Positions 25,708-36,038 of a stretch of 61,577 nt of DNA are shown here, piece by piece. The stretch's first letter is position 1, and the number at the start of each line of letters is the position of its first letter. Source of the stretch: a virus. Lineage: Duplodnaviria > Caudoviricetes. The notes under the pieces were generated by a model. It was not told the DNA's origin, ran no database searches, and was given only the letters and a program-made list of their open reading frames with translations. Location: IMG/VR virus record IMGVR_UViG_3300033153_010015, positions 1 to 61,577 of that record. One strand, 5' to 3'. Both the position numbers and the translations under genes were made by a program.

Positions 25708-26073
25708 ATGTCTAAAGATTTTGTTATCAGACCCCTTCCGCTCATTGAAGAAGATTTGGTCATTGCCCAGAGCGCGTCCGTCACCCTCGACCCCGTGAAG
25801 TTCACCACCAACGACAATGCCAAGGGCGTTCACGGATCGTTTGCTCTGCACATGAAGACCGTCGGGGCGGGCTCAGTAGACGTCACTATCGAGACGTCAG
25901 GCAACGGGGGCGAAAGCTTCGTGCCGCAGCCGACGAAAGTAGTCACGGCGCAGGCAGCCGGCGAGATCCACGTAGCGTTTACCACGCCCCTGAGCTCGGA
26001 TGTCCAACTCAAGATCACTGAGACTGGCGTCGGGGAAGCAACCGTTGAATCCATCTATTTCATCTTCCAATAA
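25708..26073 (+). CDS. Putative virion structural protein (beta-rich)
   Basis: AAGGAG RBS; heads the tail-tip operon. Confidence 0.6.
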   Translation: MSKDFVIRPLPLIEEDLVIAQSASVTLDPVKFTTNDNAKGVHGSFALHMKTVGAGSVDVTIETSGNGGESFVPQPTKVVTAQAAGEIHVAFTTPLSSDVQLKITETGVGEATVESIYFIFQ

Positions 26074-26922
26074 ATGACCGTAGCTGAAGGCAGAATCGTC
26101 CAGAACGCGGTACTCCTGTCGTTTGACGCAGGAGACTCCAATGCCGAGTTCGACGGGCCATTGCTTGTAACCAACCAGGCACACTCCATCGTCATCGACT
26201 CAGGTGTCGGTGCTGGTACGTATCTGCCGTTCCCTGAGCTGGAAGTGAAGCTGCCGGACAGATCTGGGGGCTTTGAAGAGAAGGAACTCCTCATAAACAT
26301 CGCGCTGGAGGGCGTCCCCCTTCTCGCGCGGATAGTCGACGGCTACCCGTTCGCCCCCGTCACTGTGAACGTCTACGAATACCTCTTCAACGACATCACG
26401 GGCGAGGTGCCGGAGATTCGGCACTTGTACAAGGGCAGGTTGTCGACAGCGACGAACAACTTCAACAAGATGAAGAACGTCATCCGGGTGTCCGTCAATA
26501 ACGACAAGGGAAAATTGAACTTCCCCCTCGGAGTCACCGCCAACGTTCAGTGCAGCTGGGTGTTTGCCGACACCACGTGCAAGGCCACCAAGATCCAGCT
26601 CGTCAGCACCGTCGACTTCATCAGCGGGACAGTCATCTCTCTGACAGAAGCCCCCAACCCGATCACCTACCCTTCAGGCCTGTTCAATAAGGGCTACGTC
26701 GAACGCAACGGCGTTCGCATCCTGATCAAGGACTGGATCTCTGGGGAGCTTGTCTACTGCGCGAAGCCGGTACCGCCCGAGTGGGCGGGGGAAGACATCA
26801 CCCTCAACAGCGGGTGTGACAGGTCGCTTGAGACATGCATCGGAATCTACGACAATCAGAACAACTTCGGCGGACTCGGGTACCTCATGAGCGCACACAA
26901 CCCGTTGTACGAGGAACCCTAA
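26074..26922 (+). CDS. Tail hub protein (DUF2163/BR0599, GTA-like)
   Basis: C.W.F.D..C and GCDRSLETC...NNFGG Fe-S motif. Confidence 0.85.
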   Translation: MTVAEGRIVQNAVLLSFDAGDSNAEFDGPLLVTNQAHSIVIDSGVGAGTYLPFPELEVKLPDRSGGFEEKELLINIALEGVPLLARIVDGYPFAPVTVNVYEYLFNDITGEVPEIRHLYKGRLSTATNNFNKMKNVIRVSVNNDKGKLNFPLGVTANVQCSWVFADTTCKATKIQLVSTVDFISGTVISLTEAPNPITYPSGLFNKGYVERNGVRILIKDWISGELVYCAKPVPPEWAGEDITLNSGCDRSLETCIGIYDNQNNFGGLGYLMSAHNPLYEEP

Positions 26923-27395
26923 TGCGCTGGCAGCACCTTGACCCTAAAATCGAGAGCCGCATCGCTGGTGCCATCCGCCCCTGGAGCGGCACCCCCTACA
27001 TGCCTGGGCAGCAGAAGAAGGGCATAGGCGTCGATTGCGTCAGGTTCGTCACCGGAGTCCTCGACGAGCTCTACGGCATCCATAGGGACTACAAGGCCCT
27101 CCCCCTTGACGTGTGCATGCACGACCCGAAGAAGGCAGTCAAGACCATGCTCACCATCCTTCACCTGTACCCGAACGAAGTGTTGGACGACCTGTCGGTC
27201 GTAGAGCCGGGAGATGTCCTCCTCACCGGAACATCCGAGGCACCGGGCCACGCCATGCTGGCGGGAGTGCTTGACAATCGCCTCTGGCACGCGGATGGTA
27301 AAAGAGTGGTTTCCACAGCACCGAGGTTCGGCAGAGGATCGCTGAGCCGGCTGTATAGGATAATTCGTCCGGACAACAAAGAGAGTTGGGTATAA
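26922..27395 (+). CDS. NlpC/P60 tail-associated peptidase
   Basis: WSGTPY, GVDCVRFV, PGDVL, GHAM, WHA. Confidence 0.9.
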   Translation: MRWQHLDPKIESRIAGAIRPWSGTPYMPGQQKKGIGVDCVRFVTGVLDELYGIHRDYKALPLDVCMHDPKKAVKTMLTILHLYPNEVLDDLSVVEPGDVLLTGTSEAPGHAMLAGVLDNRLWHADGKRVVSTAPRFGRGSLSRLYRIIRPDNKESWV

Positions 27396-30300
27396 TGGCA
27401 ATCTTCACGATCCCCAATCTAGTCAAACTGGCCATGGCCGTGGCGTCTTCAGCGTACTCCTACTACGCCAACAAGAAGATGATGGACGATAGGAAAAAGA
27501 AGCCTACTTCGGACGACCGGCCTACTACCACCACCACACGAGGGGCCTACCTGCCACTCTTGATAGGCCGCCGCAGGCTGGGACCAATCGTAGCGTGGGT
27601 GGTCGACCGGCAGACGGTGGGGGAGACGGTGACCGAGACCGCTGGACACCTACTCTGCGTAGGTCCTGCCAGCAGGATTTATCGGATTTTCGAGAACGGT
27701 AAGATCATCTTTTCGCAGCAGTTGGAGAGGTACTCGGGGACCTCAGGGACACTCTCCGGATCTACGTTCAACACATCAAACGGTAGAAGTTTCACAATCT
27801 ACTGGGGAGAGAACCTCCCTCCAGCTTCGGGAGCCCCTCCTGAATTGGGATCTGAGCTTCCTCGAGTCTGCTACATTGTGTGGACAGCCTTGGAGCTTGA
27901 AGGCAACCTGTGGCCTGAATTCACCTACGATATAGGAGTCGACCCCCTCCCGAACGGAGACGGTATAGGTACCTCAATCGTCGGCAGCCCACCCGAGGTA
28001 GGCGACTACGAGGATATTCAGGACACCCAGAACGGGTTCCCTGGGGCGAACTACGTGGAGATCCTCGGAGATCACTCAGCTGAATACACAGGCGCCAACG
28101 CACTCATCAGATTTGACCAGGTTCCGGAGGATCAGACTTCAGGCAGTTGGATAATCACGATTACAAACAACGGAACCCCTCCGCCAGTAATCACGAACGC
28201 CTCCACTTTGACTCGGCAAAGTACGACGTGGGACGGGGAAGTCCTGTCCTTCGACTTCAACAGGTGGTACGTCGTGGCGGCATACCAAGACCTTGGCCCA
28301 GGAGACCTCTACTTCACGACGACGATGCTTGCGGAATACACCCTTCAGAACCTGCCTGCAGAGGGCAAGACTATCCGGATCTCGGTAGATATCGCCACAG
28401 GAAGGGGCGACAGATTAGACAACTTCAACCAGATCTCCATCATCTCAAATGCCGTAGTCAAGGGCAGCATTAAACACCTCGGGTACCTCTACGACAATCC
28501 GGAAAGTGTTACAGGCGAAGTGATCACAGGTGACGTCAGATTCACCAAGTACAATGTCGAGATCGAGGGATCTGCGTGGGTACACTACGACATCGTATAC
28601 ACGATCCAAGACAATGATGACCTCGAAGAAGATTGGAAGTTCAGTTTCGAGGCTCAGGCAGACGAGGCGACGATACCTCCGCCTAGAGTGTTTGTTTGGG
28701 ACATCGCCAACCTTGAAGCGCAGGCAGGCACCGAATACGACATCCGCAGAGTCTCTCTCCTGAACAACTTGTCCCCGACAGGCCTCGGAGAGGATATGAC
28801 CCTCTGGGACACTGTCGACGACACCAATGGCACCATCGAGTTCATAGACAGTGGGCCGTCGTACAAGACGCCGCCGGCGGAAGCCTCCGGGACCTACCAG
28901 AACCGATTGGACGTTACAGGCACGCCTGCTCCTGCAGTCGCGGTACTGTCGAGGGATCTCAGGACAGTCTACCCGAACGAGGGCGACTTGATCCAGTACT
29001 CCTTCTTCATGGCCGTGGTGGAAGGCGTCCTGAAAGTCTCCGTCGACGGAGGTGCTGCAGACTACTGGAGCGCCACAATCACGGCCATAGGCGGAGGGAT
29101 ATCCTACGTCACATCCGACACCAATACGGTCCTTCTCATGGAAGCCACGTCAGACCCTGACTGGTTGAAAGTGACGGTGCAGCACGAAGTCCAGCCCGCG
29201 GAGTCCGGCTTCGTCGGACTGGACTACTACGTGCAGATAGCACTCACAAACACGTCCTCCCCCTCAGAAGTGTACATCCAAGATTTGGATTCTGGAGAAG
29301 GATCCGACAAGAAGACTCGCGTAGAGCTCAACGATGAGATCACGATCCTTACCGACTTCACAGGGGAGATGGCCCCGGTCATTCCTGAAGTGATTGGTGG
29401 GGCAAACGCCGCAGGCGTTATCCATCAACTACTCTTCGAGCCGTACCCATACGGAGCCAACCTGGACCCCGCGGATTACGACCTCGACACCCTCAGTGCC
29501 TTGAGTCAATTGATGGCCTCAGAAAACTTGCCGGCATCGGTCATAGCCGACGAGGGCAAGGACCTCGAGGCCGTCCTGGCAAACATCCTGCAAGACATTG
29601 GCGCCATGATGTACTGGGACTCCTCTGTAGGTCAGTACAGGTTCAAGGCCATCCGGGCCGACAGCCTCGAGGATGAGATCATAGACATTACCGCTCTGAC
29701 CCAGAATCCCCAGACTACGGTGGTCCACGACGAGACCTTGACCAATCAGCTCGTCTTCTCGTTCTCCGACATTGCGAGGAAGTACAAGGAGACCACACTT
29801 CTTTACGACAACGACGCGGTGGTAGAGGAGGGATACGGGCAGACAAAGAGATCGCGGCAGGTACGTATACCTACGGCCATCGACTTCGAAACTGCTAAGG
29901 TTATCGCAGAGAGACGCAGTCAAGAAGAGCTCGGCCGTCCAAGCTCTTTCAAGGTATACACCTCGAGAGGCGTCGTCAGAAACCCTGGAGATGCGATCCA
30001 GATCCCGGATAATAGTCTTGTTTTGAGAGTCCTGGGAGTGCTCGACAACACTGAGACGAATGAGGTAGTCCTTGAAGCTGTGACAGAGTTCTACGGCATC
30101 CCCACGTCGGTATCCAACGTCCCTCCAGGAGGAGGCACGGACACAGACGGACTGCTACCGGACAAAGACATCGCATTCAACATCATTGAGCTGCCGAGAA
30201 GACTATCCACGGAACTTAACCGGATATTCTCCCCACGCATCCGGGGAGCATTGGATACCGTGGCAGCACACCTCTGGTTTTCTACCGACGGATCCACCTA

Positions 30301-31126
30301 CTTCCAGGACAACGTGTCGTCTAGGGCCTTCGCAGGGGGCAACTTAAATCAGACCATGTCTGCGGAGGGGTACATCATCGAAGAAGGCCCTGTCATCAAT
30401 ATTGAAGGCCCTGACAGCATCGAAGTCCTCGACCTGACAGGAGCGGACAAAGATTGGCGCCGAGGCCGGCAGGTAGCCCTGATAGGTCATGAATGGTTTT
30501 TCGTCCAGAAGGTCACCGTACTCAACTCCCAGCAATTCAGACTCGACAATTTGATCCGGGCAAGGTACTCCTCTGAGGCTCAGTCGCACGCGGTAGGCAC
30601 TCAGGTCTATATCTTCGAGGACACCAAACTCACATGGGCAATCACCCAACCCGCCGCCGGCACATCCCTGTCGCTGAAGACGCAGCCGTTCAACGCCTTC
30701 GGGTCGCTTGACCTTGCCAACATCGTTCCCGATACCAAGATCGTCCTCGGAGACGGAACCCGCCCAGCCCCGCCGTACGGCATCAACACGCCCGAAGGGG
30801 CCTCTGCATGGCTTACAGGAGGTGATGCAGTCCTCTCGTGGCAATACCGCAACGGCATTGCTCCAGGAGCAGGAGAGACACCTGCAGGCGTTCCGGTAGG
30901 TACTGCAGCGCCCGAGGGGACCTTTACATTACAAGTTTGGGATGATACATTTACTACACTGAAGCGGACGGAGACCGGATTGCTGACCGCGGCGTATACG
31001 TACACCCAAGCGAACCTCGTGAGCGACTTCGCGGGAGAGCCCTCAGCATTCGGAGTCCGGGTGATAAACATCTCAAGCGCAGGACTCACTTCCGATCAGG
31101 CGCAGGCAGTAATCAATTTAGCGTGA
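27395..31126 (+). CDS. Central tail fibre / tail tip protein (Phage-tail_3, GTA megatron-like)
   Basis: Follows hub and NlpC; G.YLPLLIGR N-terminus; L.NLIRARY.S...H..G C-terminal motif. Confidence 0.8.
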   Translation: MAIFTIPNLVKLAMAVASSAYSYYANKKMMDDRKKKPTSDDRPTTTTTRGAYLPLLIGRRRLGPIVAWVVDRQTVGETVTETAGHLLCVGPASRIYRIFENGKIIFSQQLERYSGTSGTLSGSTFNTSNGRSFTIYWGENLPPASGAPPELGSELPRVCYIVWTALELEGNLWPEFTYDIGVDPLPNGDGIGTSIVGSPPEVGDYEDIQDTQNGFPGANYVEILGDHSAEYTGANALIRFDQVPEDQTSGSWIITITNNGTPPPVITNASTLTRQSTTWDGEVLSFDFNRWYVVAAYQDLGPGDLYFTTTMLAEYTLQNLPAEGKTIRISVDIATGRGDRLDNFNQISIISNAVVKGSIKHLGYLYDNPESVTGEVITGDVRFTKYNVEIEGSAWVHYDIVYTIQDNDDLEEDWKFSFEAQADEATIPPPRVFVWDIANLEAQAGTEYDIRRVSLLNNLSPTGLGEDMTLWDTVDDTNGTIEFIDSGPSYKTPPAEASGTYQNRLDVTGTPAPAVAVLSRDLRTVYPNEGDLIQYSFFMAVVEGVLKVSVDGGAADYWSATITAIGGGISYVTSDTNTVLLMEATSDPDWLKVTVQHEVQPAESGFVGLDYYVQIALTNTSSPSEVYIQDLDSGEGSDKKTRVELNDEITILTDFTGEMAPVIPEVIGGANAAGVIHQLLFEPYPYGANLDPADYDLDTLSALSQLMASENLPASVIADEGKDLEAVLANILQDIGAMMYWDSSVGQYRFKAIRADSLEDEIIDITALTQNPQTTVVHDETLTNQLVFSFSDIARKYKETTLLYDNDAVVEEGYGQTKRSRQVRIPTAIDFETAKVIAERRSQEELGRPSSFKVYTSRGVVRNPGDAIQIPDNSLVLRVLGVLDNTETNEVVLEAVTEFYGIPTSVSNVPPGGGTDTDGLLPDKDIAFNIIELPRRLSTELNRIFSPRIRGALDTVAAHLWFSTDGSTYFQDNVSSRAFAGGNLNQTMSAEGYIIEEGPVINIEGPDSIEVLDLTGADKDWRRGRQVALIGHEWFFVQKVTVLNSQQFRLDNLIRARYSSEAQSHAVGTQVYIFEDTKLTWAITQPAAGTSLSLKTQPFNAFGSLDLANIVPDTKIVLGDGTRPAPPYGINTPEGASAWLTGGDAVLSWQYRNGIAPGAGETPAGVPVGTAAPEGTFTLQVWDDTFTTLKRTETGLLTAAYTYTQANLVSDFAGEPSAFGVRVINISSAGLTSDQAQAVINLA

Positions 31127-31133
31127 GGATAAT

Positions 31134-31886
31134 ATGGCAATCAGACCAGTATTAGCGGATGTCCTGTCAGGGGCAGAGAGCTGGGACACGACGATCAATC
31201 AGAACAACGCCAAGATTGCCACGGCGCCGTTCCCCCTCCTGCTCGAGTCCAGCAAGACGAACCTCGACAACAACTGGGACCCGGCACTGTTCGATGCCTG
31301 CATCGCTGTCGTATGGGACGGAGTGGCTGGCAACCCGGTAACCATGTACGCCTCCCGCCACGACGCATGGGAGCCGGTCTCCACGTTGGCCAACACAGGC
31401 GTCCTCTCGACAGATAAGCTGCTTCACTTCTCGGACGCCCAAGGGGACAGTCTCGCCAACGGAGGCATCACCGCAGGCGTTTGGACTCCCAGACCGTTCA
31501 GAACAGCGCATGTGACCAACATTGCCGGCGCCGTACTGAACCTCAACCCCACAGACACTGTGGAGCTGCCTGAGGCAACCTTCTGGGTCGAGGCACTTTT
31601 CAACGGGTTCGAGATCGATGACACCGTCGGCAGGCTTCGGCAAATATCCGGCGTTGCGGCCGACATCCTCATGGGCCGCCGAATGTTCACATCCTCAGGG
31701 CATGTGACACCGACCACACAGACAGGCCTCTGCGGGCTCTTCACCAACGCCACGGGGTCTGCGCAGACATTCCAGATCCAGCAGATCTGCACGCTAACCA
31801 ACGCCGTCGACGGGTTCGGCCCTGCATCCACGCTGGGCGGAGCCAACACGACATACGCTGACTACAAAATCTGGCAGGTATCCTAA
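31134..31886 (+). CDS. Tail fibre / receptor-binding protein
   Basis: Position after the tail tip; beta-rich C-terminal domain. Confidence 0.6.
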   Translation: MAIRPVLADVLSGAESWDTTINQNNAKIATAPFPLLLESSKTNLDNNWDPALFDACIAVVWDGVAGNPVTMYASRHDAWEPVSTLANTGVLSTDKLLHFSDAQGDSLANGGITAGVWTPRPFRTAHVTNIAGAVLNLNPTDTVELPEATFWVEALFNGFEIDDTVGRLRQISGVAADILMGRRMFTSSGHVTPTTQTGLCGLFTNATGSAQTFQIQQICTLTNAVDGFGPASTLGGANTTYADYKIWQVS

Positions 31887-32188
31887 TGAAGAAATACTAC
31901 GAATGGGTCGGCGAAGACGTGCCTGTTGAGTTCTCCGGAACTGCAGAGGAGGTCGAAGCGTTCGAGGCTGAGAATGCTCAGCTGACGCGCGTACTTAAAG
32001 CGCGGCACGACGTGCTGGCAGCGAGGACGGAGGGTGCTCGTAAACGTCGGAAGCGCCTCAAGAGGTACTCCCTCGGCAAGCAGCTCAAAACGATCTGGAG
32101 CGCCTTGGAGTTCATGCGCGACACAGGCACTGAGTTCCCCTCGAACGTGGCCGAGATGATGGATAAACTGAACCAAGAGGAGTCATAA
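31886..32188 (+). CDS. Putative tail fibre assembly protein
   Basis: RR..Y.SLG.QL..IW pattern; coupled to the fibre gene. Confidence 0.5.
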   Translation: MKKYYEWVGEDVPVEFSGTAEEVEAFEAENAQLTRVLKARHDVLAARTEGARKRRKRLKRYSLGKQLKTIWSALEFMRDTGTEFPSNVAEMMDKLNQEES

Positions 32189-32190
32189 TC

Positions 32191-32436
32191 ATGGCCAAAA
32201 GCAAAGGCAAGAAAGTTACCATCAACCTGTTTCCGGAGGGTGAGCTTGAAATCACCACAGCAGACGCCGAAACGGTCACGCCCTTCTGCAACTACGCGCA
32301 CCCCGACACGCGCGCTTCGATCACACACAGCAAAGTCACTACCAAGGACGGGAAGGCATACAGAACGCTTCAATCCGTGGAAGATGTTAAGCTTCTGATC
32401 AAAGAAGCCGGCGGAAGACTTCGCGGCCGCAACTAG
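32191..32436 (+). CDS. Hypothetical protein
   Basis: Last gene of the plus-strand arm. Confidence 0.6.
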   Translation: MAKSKGKKVTINLFPEGELEITTADAETVTPFCNYAHPDTRASITHSKVTTKDGKAYRTLQSVEDVKLLIKEAGGRLRGRN

Positions 32437-32442
32437 CCGGTA

Positions 32443-33837
32443 TTAGCCGGAGAACTGCATTTCAAGCTCGGTGTTGTCGTAGTAGCACATCTGGAAGGCA
32501 TCCGAGCGGTCAGGGGAGTCAAAGCCCCTCTTCTTGTGCTCGTCCTTGGTCTCTAGGCAGATCTTGCCCTTCTTGGTCATGTTGTAGACCCTGGACGTCA
32601 GCTGGCTGATGAGGAGCGAATCATCCGGCATCCACAGAGTACCCGCCTTGGCCAGATCTTTGATCCTGAATGCCGCCTCGGTCGCCGCGTTGTCGTACGT
32701 CTTGTAGTCGAACGCGCGGTGCTGGGTATGAAACTCATGGATCTGCTTGCCGGCGTCTCCAAACATGTGCATGACGCCCTGACCGATGCCCCCAGCATCT
32801 CCGACGTACAGAGTATCCCTGTCGGTCCATCCAGCCTGCTTCTGAAGCTTGAAGCCGTGCCGCACGCAAGTGCTTGGATCTTCGTGTGCCCAGAACTTCC
32901 AGTCCTTCACCCCGAAGCCCTGACGCATGAACAGTACGTTCTCGTCTCCTCCGAACCTGGCAAAGTCGAGACCGAACTGCCTGTCGAGGATGCCCTTCGA
33001 GTTGACCGTGCCGAACATCTTGAGCTTCCGGGATACGTCGAAACAGTCCTGCAAGTCCTCGATCGAGAGTACGCAGTTCGGATCGCTGTGAGGGAATTCC
33101 CCGAGAACACGCACGCGGTAGACGTCGGAGTCCCTGCCGTACTTCTCTTCCAGCTCATGGTTGCGTCGGGTGGAGAACCACTTCGATTCCGGCGTCTCTT
33201 CAGCGTTCCAGGTAAAATGCGCCCATTTAGCCTTGTCCTTGTTGAAGCAGTCGAAGAACTTACAAGCCCGGGTGTTGGGATTGCCGATCTTGAAAAACAG
33301 GGCGTTCGGATTGGACATCGTACCTTCGTACTGCTCCTCGATATCGTGACCGATGCCGGAAGCCTCCTCGAAGAAGACATCCATGCTTTCAGCGTGCTGC
33401 CCCTGGACCTTCTCAGACGACGTTGACGCGGTGTACAGCATGGCGCCCCAGTTCTCTGCGCGATGCCCTAAGACGCCGATGTTGGTGGCTGAGAACTGGT
33501 AGATCTTCCTGAGTGCAGGGTGGGCATTTTGGCCGTATACCAGCTTGCGACATTGGGCCAGCCAGACGGTCTTGGCCTGGGCCATGGTGGGAGCTACGAG
33601 GAGGATCTTGTGTTCAGGGTTGAGTAGTCGCCATAATCCGATGACGGCGGACACAGCACTCTTCCCCGGCCCCTGACCTGACTTGATGGCGATCCGCTTC
33701 TCCCCACGTTGAACAGCATCCATGGCCTGCCACTGCTGCCACGTGGGTTCGAACCCGAGGAGGTGAGCGAAGATGAATATATCGCTTGCGATCATCCGGA
33801 TAAATTCGGATGAGATTTGTGAAGACCTGCTTGCCAT
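32443..33837 (-). CDS. terL: Terminase large subunit
   Basis: PTWQQ, Walker A SGQGPGKS, VAPT..QA, FFEEAS, IGNP, GLDFARFGGD and SPDRSDA. Confidence 0.93.
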   Translation of the reverse strand: MASRSSQISSEFIRMIASDIFIFAHLLGFEPTWQQWQAMDAVQRGEKRIAIKSGQGPGKSAVSAVIGLWRLLNPEHKILLVAPTMAQAKTVWLAQCRKLVYGQNAHPALRKIYQFSATNIGVLGHRAENWGAMLYTASTSSEKVQGQHAESMDVFFEEASGIGHDIEEQYEGTMSNPNALFFKIGNPNTRACKFFDCFNKDKAKWAHFTWNAEETPESKWFSTRRNHELEEKYGRDSDVYRVRVLGEFPHSDPNCVLSIEDLQDCFDVSRKLKMFGTVNSKGILDRQFGLDFARFGGDENVLFMRQGFGVKDWKFWAHEDPSTCVRHGFKLQKQAGWTDRDTLYVGDAGGIGQGVMHMFGDAGKQIHEFHTQHRAFDYKTYDNAATEAAFRIKDLAKAGTLWMPDDSLLISQLTSRVYNMTKKGKICLETKDEHKKRGFDSPDRSDAFQMCYYDNTELEMQFSG

Positions 33838-33855
33838 ACTGCCTAGGGAAGAAGA

Positions 33856-34209
33856 TTATTTCTTTGGGACTTTGTCGTACACCTGTACAAAATACAGGAC
33901 CCAGCCTCCGATGCTGGCGAGGGTTGCCCCTGCAACGAGGGTGAGGATGCCGGCCACAACCCTTATCTGGGTGGCGAGGGTGTTGTGCTTCATTTTGATG
34001 CCAGGGTCGTTGCCGTCGCCCCACATATCCTTAGCGAGGGCGGCTTGAGTCTCTTTGGCGTTAGCGCAACGCTCTTTCTGAACCCTTGTGTGGGTCTCGA
34101 GACTGCCCTTGACTGCGGAGATCTCGAGGGTCTGGGCTTCCATCTTGCTCAGTAGGCGGACCTCCATCGCGCTTACTGCTTCCAGGACGTCTTTGTTTGG
34201 GACACTCAC
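33856..34209 (-). CDS. Holin-like membrane protein (coiled coil plus C-terminal TM)
   Basis: Single C-terminal TM helix; late-operon position. Confidence 0.45.
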   Translation of the reverse strand: MSVPNKDVLEAVSAMEVRLLSKMEAQTLEISAVKGSLETHTRVQKERCANAKETQAALAKDMWGDGNDPGIKMKHNTLATQIRVVAGILTLVAGATLASIGGWVLYFVQVYDKVPKK

Positions 34210-34224
34210 TGCTGATACTCCTCG

Positions 34225-35535
34225 TTATTGGTAGATACTCAGTTCTGCTGCGTCTTGAGAGAGCTCTTCGGAATCTCGCACATACCCATGTATTCGGGCT
34301 TCTGTAACGTCGGCACCCAAACCGGCCTCGATCAAGTCAATGCTAGGGAGGGTACCGCTGCCGATAGATCCGGAGGCTTTTTGCACATCGTCAATATACA
34401 AAGAGGTGGCTCCTGACTCCGCAGTAGCTTGGACGACTAAGAAGTTACTCACACCCGTAGGCACCTTCAAAGGCTGCCCTACATCATTCAGGGCATAGAA
34501 GTCTTTTGCAGTGCAATACCACTTAGTCCCAGAGGGGAGCACAAAACCGGGCGAATTGTTGATATTTATCAGGATTCGTGATATCGTCGCGCTTGGAGTT
34601 ATAGCGTAAGTGCCTTCAAGCACTCCGTTATAGTACGCTTTTAGATTATTCCCTTCGCGTGTGATCTTATATTTAGCGTCCGTTTCATCAAGAGATCCCG
34701 TCGCAATTACACCTATCTGCCCCGAATCAGTACCTACCTTGATACCCTTCTTGGGAGCAGGCTCATTTGCCGCGCCGCGTTGTCTATGTAGAATTCGAAT
34801 GTATTTCCCGTCTGACATCTTTACATAAAAATAATAGTCTACCCCACCCTCAGTTGATATCGCCGCGACGTCTTCGGAACTAAACGTTATTCCTACTTCG
34901 AAATCCCTGGTTCCGTATGAGGCCAGAGAATCGTTCGCCCCATTAAATTGGTACGCTACTGACAAGTGACCGTCGGCCGCAGATTCCATCGTGTATTTTG
35001 TGCCACCCGCCCCGCCAGCAACAAGAGCCTCAACAGGCTTGGTAGTGCTAGTGTCTAAGATAGTATCTGGAAGCGTAAGCGTACTGAAGTCGAAATCAAT
35101 AGGTTCGTGACCTGTAGTCACGTCTGTAGTCCCCTCAACGCCTACACCTCCGAGGTCGTTTCCGATGAACCCGGAAGACGTTATGTAGATGCCTCCGGTT
35201 CCAGCCTTTCCTAGAATGTAGCTCTTAGATCCAGGCTTAGAGGGGACCTTTACAGCAATGGCCATCGTCCACGGAAGAGGGAGAACCAGTAAGGCGTTGA
35301 GTACGTCAGTAGCGTCGAATCGCGCACCTGCGTGGCCGTTGCCATCGATGTCGGCTATGAGTGCCGGTCGGTTAGCTACGACAGCTTGCGTAGGGTCGTA
35401 TTGGGGGGTGGTTTTGTCAATCCAAGTCTGGATCGGATTGGTAATGCCAATACTGTCAGGGGCGACCCAAAGCAGTGCCTGTATGACAGCCTTCCCTTGT
35501 GCGGCGATGGCACCTAAAAGGCCACTGAAAAACAT
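34225..35535 (-). CDS. Fibre / receptor-binding protein with a LamG/ConA-like fold and an AT-rich inserted domain
   Basis: W.D...Q...ANRP...NG...RFD N-terminal motif; SLYIDD. Confidence 0.6.
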   Translation of the reverse strand: MFFSGLLGAIAAQGKAVIQALLWVAPDSIGITNPIQTWIDKTTPQYDPTQAVVANRPALIADIDGNGHAGARFDATDVLNALLVLPLPWTMAIAVKVPSKPGSKSYILGKAGTGGIYITSSGFIGNDLGGVGVEGTTDVTTGHEPIDFDFSTLTLPDTILDTSTTKPVEALVAGGAGGTKYTMESAADGHLSVAYQFNGANDSLASYGTRDFEVGITFSSEDVAAISTEGGVDYYFYVKMSDGKYIRILHRQRGAANEPAPKKGIKVGTDSGQIGVIATGSLDETDAKYKITREGNNLKAYYNGVLEGTYAITPSATISRILININNSPGFVLPSGTKWYCTAKDFYALNDVGQPLKVPTGVSNFLVVQATAESGATSLYIDDVQKASGSIGSGTLPSIDLIEAGLGADVTEARIHGYVRDSEELSQDAAELSIYQ

Positions 35536-36029
35536 TAGATGTCTCCGAATGCGAGCCAGGAGTTGGTGGCGATTTTACGCAAGGCCACGACGCCGTACTG
35601 GTGGGCGATCGGGAGCGATGCTCCGTCGACGCCGTTGAGCAGGACGCCGGCAACCGCGGTGATCGTAGTAACGCCGGCACCGAGTTGGGTGATCAGAGGA
35701 ACTGAGGCGGTCGGGAAAGGCACAGTAGCGTGTAAGGGGATGGTCAGTACGTTGGCTGCTGCGTTGGTCATGTCCACCGAGGCAGTCTGATCGATCCTTA
35801 CAAGCTCGTAAGCAGTGCCGGTCTGAGTGTTGACGTAGGCAATATCACCAAGACCCTGCTGGTAGGGAACGTCGGCCCATTCGTCGACGCCGTTGCCGAT
35901 CTTACCTAGCCATGCGTCTCCGACCTGCTCCATGCCGATCTCAAACAACGCCAAAGTGGGATTGGTCGTATTCCATGCAGCGGTAGTCCCGCCCTTCTGT
36001 CGCATGCGCCTGATTTCTTCTGATGCCAT
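35535..36029 (-). CDS. Fibre adaptor (Mtd_N / hyaluronidase N-terminal-like)
   Basis: TAAWNTTNPTLA..EIGME..KIGNGV..W..PY. Confidence 0.7.
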   Translation of the reverse strand: MASEEIRRMRQKGGTTAAWNTTNPTLALFEIGMEQVGDAWLGKIGNGVDEWADVPYQQGLGDIAYVNTQTGTAYELVRIDQTASVDMTNAAANVLTIPLHATVPFPTASVPLITQLGAGVTTITAVAGVLLNGVDGASLPIAHQYGVVALRKIATNSWLAFGDI

Positions 36030-36038
36030 GTGTAGCTC

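Noticed and set aside
31134-36029. Diversity-generating retroelement targeting the fibres (Mtd_N-like domain present)
   Set aside because: No reverse transcriptase and no TR/VR repeat pair were seen.
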